Below, piece by piece: positions 37,524 through 40,000 of a DNA stretch of 40,000 nt. Both the position numbers and the translations under genes were made by a program. The notes under the pieces were generated by a model. That model worked only from the letters and a program-made list of their open reading frames with translations. It was not told the origin of the DNA and ran no database searches. The stretch covers positions 31,547 through 71,546 of the forward strand of contig NZ_LT855384.1 in assembly GCF_900184735.1 (NCBI RefSeq), in the 5' to 3' direction. The stretch is from Paucisalibacillus globulus (GTDB taxonomy: Bacteria; Bacillota; Bacilli; Bacillales; Amphibacillaceae). Every line of letters starts with the position of its first letter. Position 1 is the first letter of the stretch.

Positions 37524-37866
37524 TTTTAAGGAGTTTATGCGAGGTGAACATGAAGTAGTCAAACCACCTACTTTATCGTTAATGCCTTTAGCAGCTGCTC
37601 CGTTTATTCCTGGAACTGTTTATGCAGCTGATGAATCGGTTAAAGCCAAAATGATGGATGCTTTTAATCCACTAATAGAATTAATACAAGGTCTAGCCTA
37701 CCCAGTAGCCATGGTTGTTGTTTTAGGCGGTGCCATATTCGTTATGATAGGAAACAGTGATAAAGGCTTTAGTATGATGCAGAAGGCCGGAATGGGCTAT
37801 TTACTAGTAATGATTGCTCCAATGGTTCTAGATGTGTTAGTCGATTCAATGGACGGTGTGGTTTAA
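37504..37866 (+). CDS. Secreted/membrane protein with a signal peptide and two TM helices (T4SS pilin-like topology)
   Basis: SD gaggagg. Signal-like LSLMPLAAAPFIPGTVYA-AD, then AYPVAMVVVLGGAIFVMIG and GMGYLLVMIAPMVLDVLV. Confidence 0.65.
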   Translation: MRTKTYDFKEFMRGEHEVVKPPTLSLMPLAAAPFIPGTVYAADESVKAKMMDAFNPLIELIQGLAYPVAMVVVLGGAIFVMIGNSDKGFSMMQKAGMGYLLVMIAPMVLDVLVDSMDGVV

Positions 37867-38084
37867 TGGAAATCAAAGCACCTATGGAATATGTAGGAGA
37901 CTGGATTGGAGTAAAAATGAAAGAGGGGATGACTGATATAGCTCTAGAATATATTTCAGCCATCCCGATACTTGTCGGAGTATCAATAGGAGTATATGCA
38001 CTCTGTAGTATGATTAGTAAAACTTTTGCGAAGCTAGGAGTTGCTGGAGTATTCGGCTATGGTTTTTTAATCGTACTATTTTGA
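37866..38084 (+). CDS. Small membrane protein (72 aa, 2 TM helices)
   Basis: ATG overlaps the upstream stop. ISAIPILVGVSIGVYALCSMI and LGVAGVFGYGFLIVLF. Confidence 0.55.
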   Translation: MEIKAPMEYVGDWIGVKMKEGMTDIALEYISAIPILVGVSIGVYALCSMISKTFAKLGVAGVFGYGFLIVLF

Positions 38085-38132
38085 ATAAAAAGTAAATAAA
38101 AGCGCATCCTATTGAAAAAAGGAGGCACTCTT

Positions 38133-38426
38133 ATGCTACTGATCGGAATCGTCTTAGGAATTTACATTGGTTATAAATTAAACGATTTAATTAGAAAGTT
38201 GAATATCGGAATTGAATTTAAGATACTAGGGTTGAAAGTTACAATCGGAAAACCTAAGAAAGCTCCTGTAGTTGATATTGCAAAGAAAAAGAAAAAAGTT
38301 ACTTCAGTAAAATCAAAATGCGTTACTTGCAATGATGAGGATATGTTTATTGCTGGAACTAATAATTTAATTCCTTGTCCGAAATGTAAAAGGAATAGCG
38401 ATAAATTTAAAAAGAATCTTGTTTAA
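38133..38426 (+). CDS. Membrane-anchored zinc-ribbon protein (97 aa)
   Basis: ATG at 38133 after SD aaggagg. N-terminal TM helix LLIGIVLGIYIGY, a K-rich linker, and C-terminal CVTC...CPKC. Confidence 0.6.
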   Translation: MLLIGIVLGIYIGYKLNDLIRKLNIGIEFKILGLKVTIGKPKKAPVVDIAKKKKKVTSVKSKCVTCNDEDMFIAGTNNLIPCPKCKRNSDKFKKNLV

Positions 38427-38429
38427 TTA

Positions 38430-38460
38430 TATTTAAGTCCTCATTATTGGTTGCTTGTGG
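38430..38460. other. Approximate prophage/host junction (attR region)
   Basis: The comFA-homologous reading frame only begins here (..LLVACGAGKTEMLF). Upstream sequence is phage-like and the frame is closed by TAA at 38408-38410. Confidence 0.45.
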
Positions 38461-39409
38461 TGCTGGGAAAACAGAGATGCTATTCCCAGGAATTGAAGCT
38501 GCTCTAAAGCTTGGGAAACGAATTTGTATTGCTACTCCACGGGCGGATGTGGTCCGGGAACTTAAGCCTCGTATCCAAGCAGCGTTTCAGAAGGTCCCTG
38601 TTCAAGCATTATATGGTGGAAGTGACGATAAAACAGGCTCATCCCAGTTAATTATAGCAACGACCCACCAACTCCTACGATTCTACCAAACATTTGATAT
38701 TGTAATTATCGATGAAATAGATGCCTTTCCCTTCCATAATGATGAGTCCCTGCCTTTTGCAGTAAATAGAGCTAAAAAAGAAAAAAGCACTACCATTTAT
38801 CTAACTGCAACCCCAAGACAAAATCTTCGTCTACGAATAGCCTTGAAGAAACTCCCTCATACATTTGTACCTGTTCGCTATCATGGCAACCCATTACCTG
38901 TTCCCACACTGAAGATCTGTTACGCACTAAAGAAAAGTTTACGACAACAAAAAATTCCCAAAACCCTACTCGAATGGATTACCAATAGAAAGAACAGGCA
39001 GAGGCAGCTACTGATATTCGTACCATCCATTCATTTAGCTAAAGAAGTTCAATTAAATTTACAAAAGAGTCATCGAAACCAATTAGGTGACATTGTTTCG
39101 GTTCATTCCGAGGATGAACAGAGAGTGGAGAAGATAGAACAGTTCAGAAACAAGAAAATTGATGTCTTAGTAACTACCACCATTTTAGAGCGTGGCGTGA
39201 CATTCCCATCTGTTGACGTAGTCGTATTAGATTCGGGGCACGATGTATTTGATGAAGCAGCACTAGTTCAGATTGCTGGCCGAGCAGGAAGGAGTGCAGA
39301 TGACCCAACAGGAGAAGTGATTTTTCTTCATGATGGAAAAACCGATGCAATGGTTCAGGCGGTACATTCCATAAAAACAATGAATAAAAGGGGAGGTTTT
39401 TCATTATGA
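38447..39409 (+). pseudogene. comFA: 3' two-thirds of competence helicase gene comFA, severed at the Walker A motif by the prophage
   Basis: VACGAGKTEMLFPGIEAAL..ICIATPR..DVV.EL.PR..AAF, IIDEIDAFP, TTTILERGVT and VQIAGRAGR are collinear with B. subtilis ComFA from its AVCGAGKTEMLF motif onward. About 140 N-terminal residues are missing. Confidence 0.85.
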
Positions 39410-40000
39410 ATTGTCTTTGGTGTCACGATGAATTGTTGTTGGAGGTGAATTGGAGCAATGTAATATTCCCTACAAAAGCACAGCTAATCTGCGGAACATG
39501 TGAGAAAGAGTTGGTTCCACTATCCGGAAAACGTTGTAAGAGGTGTAGTCGCGAATCACATTTAGATGTTTGTCAGGATTGTTTGTGGTGGGAGAACTAT
39601 CATCACGGGGAGGACATAATGGAATATAATTACTCTGTTTTCCCATATACAACCCATATACAGGACATGATAGCCAAGTGGAAATATCGTGGGGATTATG
39701 AACTTGGACATGTATTTGAGCAATCGTTTAAGCAACACTTTCAGCAGAATTTTAAAAAGTTAAGAGCAGCTGTAGCAATCCCAATTCCTCTTAGTAGTGA
39801 GAGACTTCAAGAAAGATGCTTTAATCAAGCTAGCATGCTTGCCTCTTTTTTACCAATTCAAACCTTGGATATATTAACTCGTGTACACGGAGAAAAGCAG
39901 TCCAAAAAAACACGAATGGAAAGAATCTCCACTAAGAACCCTTTTATTCTTCACCAAACACTAAACAATCCAGTAATTCTTGTCGATGATATATATACAA
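39406..40000 (+). CDS. comFC: Competence protein ComFC (phosphoribosyltransferase-like), 3' end beyond the window
   Basis: ATG overlaps the comFA stop (ATGA). MNCLWCH...CGTC...CKRC...CQDC zinc-finger cysteines. Ends with the PRTase motif VILVDDIYT at the window edge. Absent from the ORF track because the frame has no stop in the window. Confidence 0.85.
   Translation, partial: MNCLWCHDELLLEVNWSNVIFPTKAQLICGTCEKELVPLSGKRCKRCSRESHLDVCQDCLWWENYHHGEDIMEYNYSVFPYTTHIQDMIAKWKYRGDYELGHVFEQSFKQHFQQNFKKLRAAVAIPIPLSSERLQERCFNQASMLASFLPIQTLDILTRVHGEKQSKKTRMERISTKNPFILHQTLNNPVILVDDIYT

Larger units (their letters stand above)
1..38446 (+). mobile_element. Integrated temperate phage (prophage), right-hand ~38.4 kb; integrase/lysogeny side and attL lie outside the window
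   Basis: Continuous + strand phage gene order: replication, terminase, portal/head, contractile tail/baseplate, lysis, accessory genes. It ends abruptly inside a host comFA reading frame at ~38430-38450. Confidence 0.85.

Noticed and set aside
34963-38446. Calling the FtsK/replication-relaxation cassette a separate integrative conjugative element
   Set aside because: The window shows no integrase, relaxase or second set of att-like direct repeats at its left border. Similar cassettes are known at the ends of Bacillus temperate phages. I kept it as a finding to test rather than as a separate mobile-element feature.
1-40000. Looked for CRISPR arrays, tRNA/rRNA genes, transposases/IS elements and reverse transcriptases (retron/DGR)
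   Set aside because: I saw no regularly spaced direct repeats with unique spacers, no cloverleaf-like or rRNA-like sequence, and no DDE/serine-recombinase or RT motifs in any listed ORF. The only dense repeat is the GTATAC iteron array.

Overview
Nearly the whole window (1 to ~38440) is the right-hand part of a Bacillaceae-type temperate phage integrated in the chromosome. It reads left to right on the + strand. Family names below come from motifs and gene order read by eye, not from searches.

Gene order:
- Early and replication genes: a SigF/SigG-like sigma factor, a lipoprotein, an HNH endonuclease, MazG, a SpoVK-like AAA+ ATPase, an AEP-primase/VirE-type helicase, an array of GTATAC iterons (likely ori), VRR-NUC and an SNF2 helicase.
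- A putative late regulator, followed by a small terminator-bracketed insert.
- Packaging and head: terS, terL, an SPP1-type portal and gp7-like head protein, a scaffold, a lambda D/E-like decoration protein plus major capsid, and head-tail connectors.
- A PBSX/Xkd-like contractile tail: sheath, tube, a chaperone with a -1 frameshift site, tape measure, XkdP-to-XkdU-like baseplate genes, fibre, and XkdW/XkdX-like genes.
- Lysis: XhlA-like protein, holin, and an M23+LysM endolysin.

Downstream of lysis is an AT-rich accessory island (about 32.5-35.2 kb). Its centrepiece is a terminator-bracketed two-gene operon: a 307-aa soluble protein plus a 176-aa polytopic membrane protein. It looks Kiwa-like but with inverted gene order. 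It sits behind a promoter overlapped by a perfect GAAC-N4-GTTC (LexA/Cheo-type) box. This is my best candidate for an anti-phage or otherwise undescribed system.

Next come an XRE repressor, an FtsK/SpoIIIE-type translocase, a replication-relaxation protein and several small membrane proteins. The phage DNA ends inside the Walker A coding region of host comFA, so comFA is split. comFC follows to the window edge.

I saw no rRNA, tRNA, CRISPR array or transposase.
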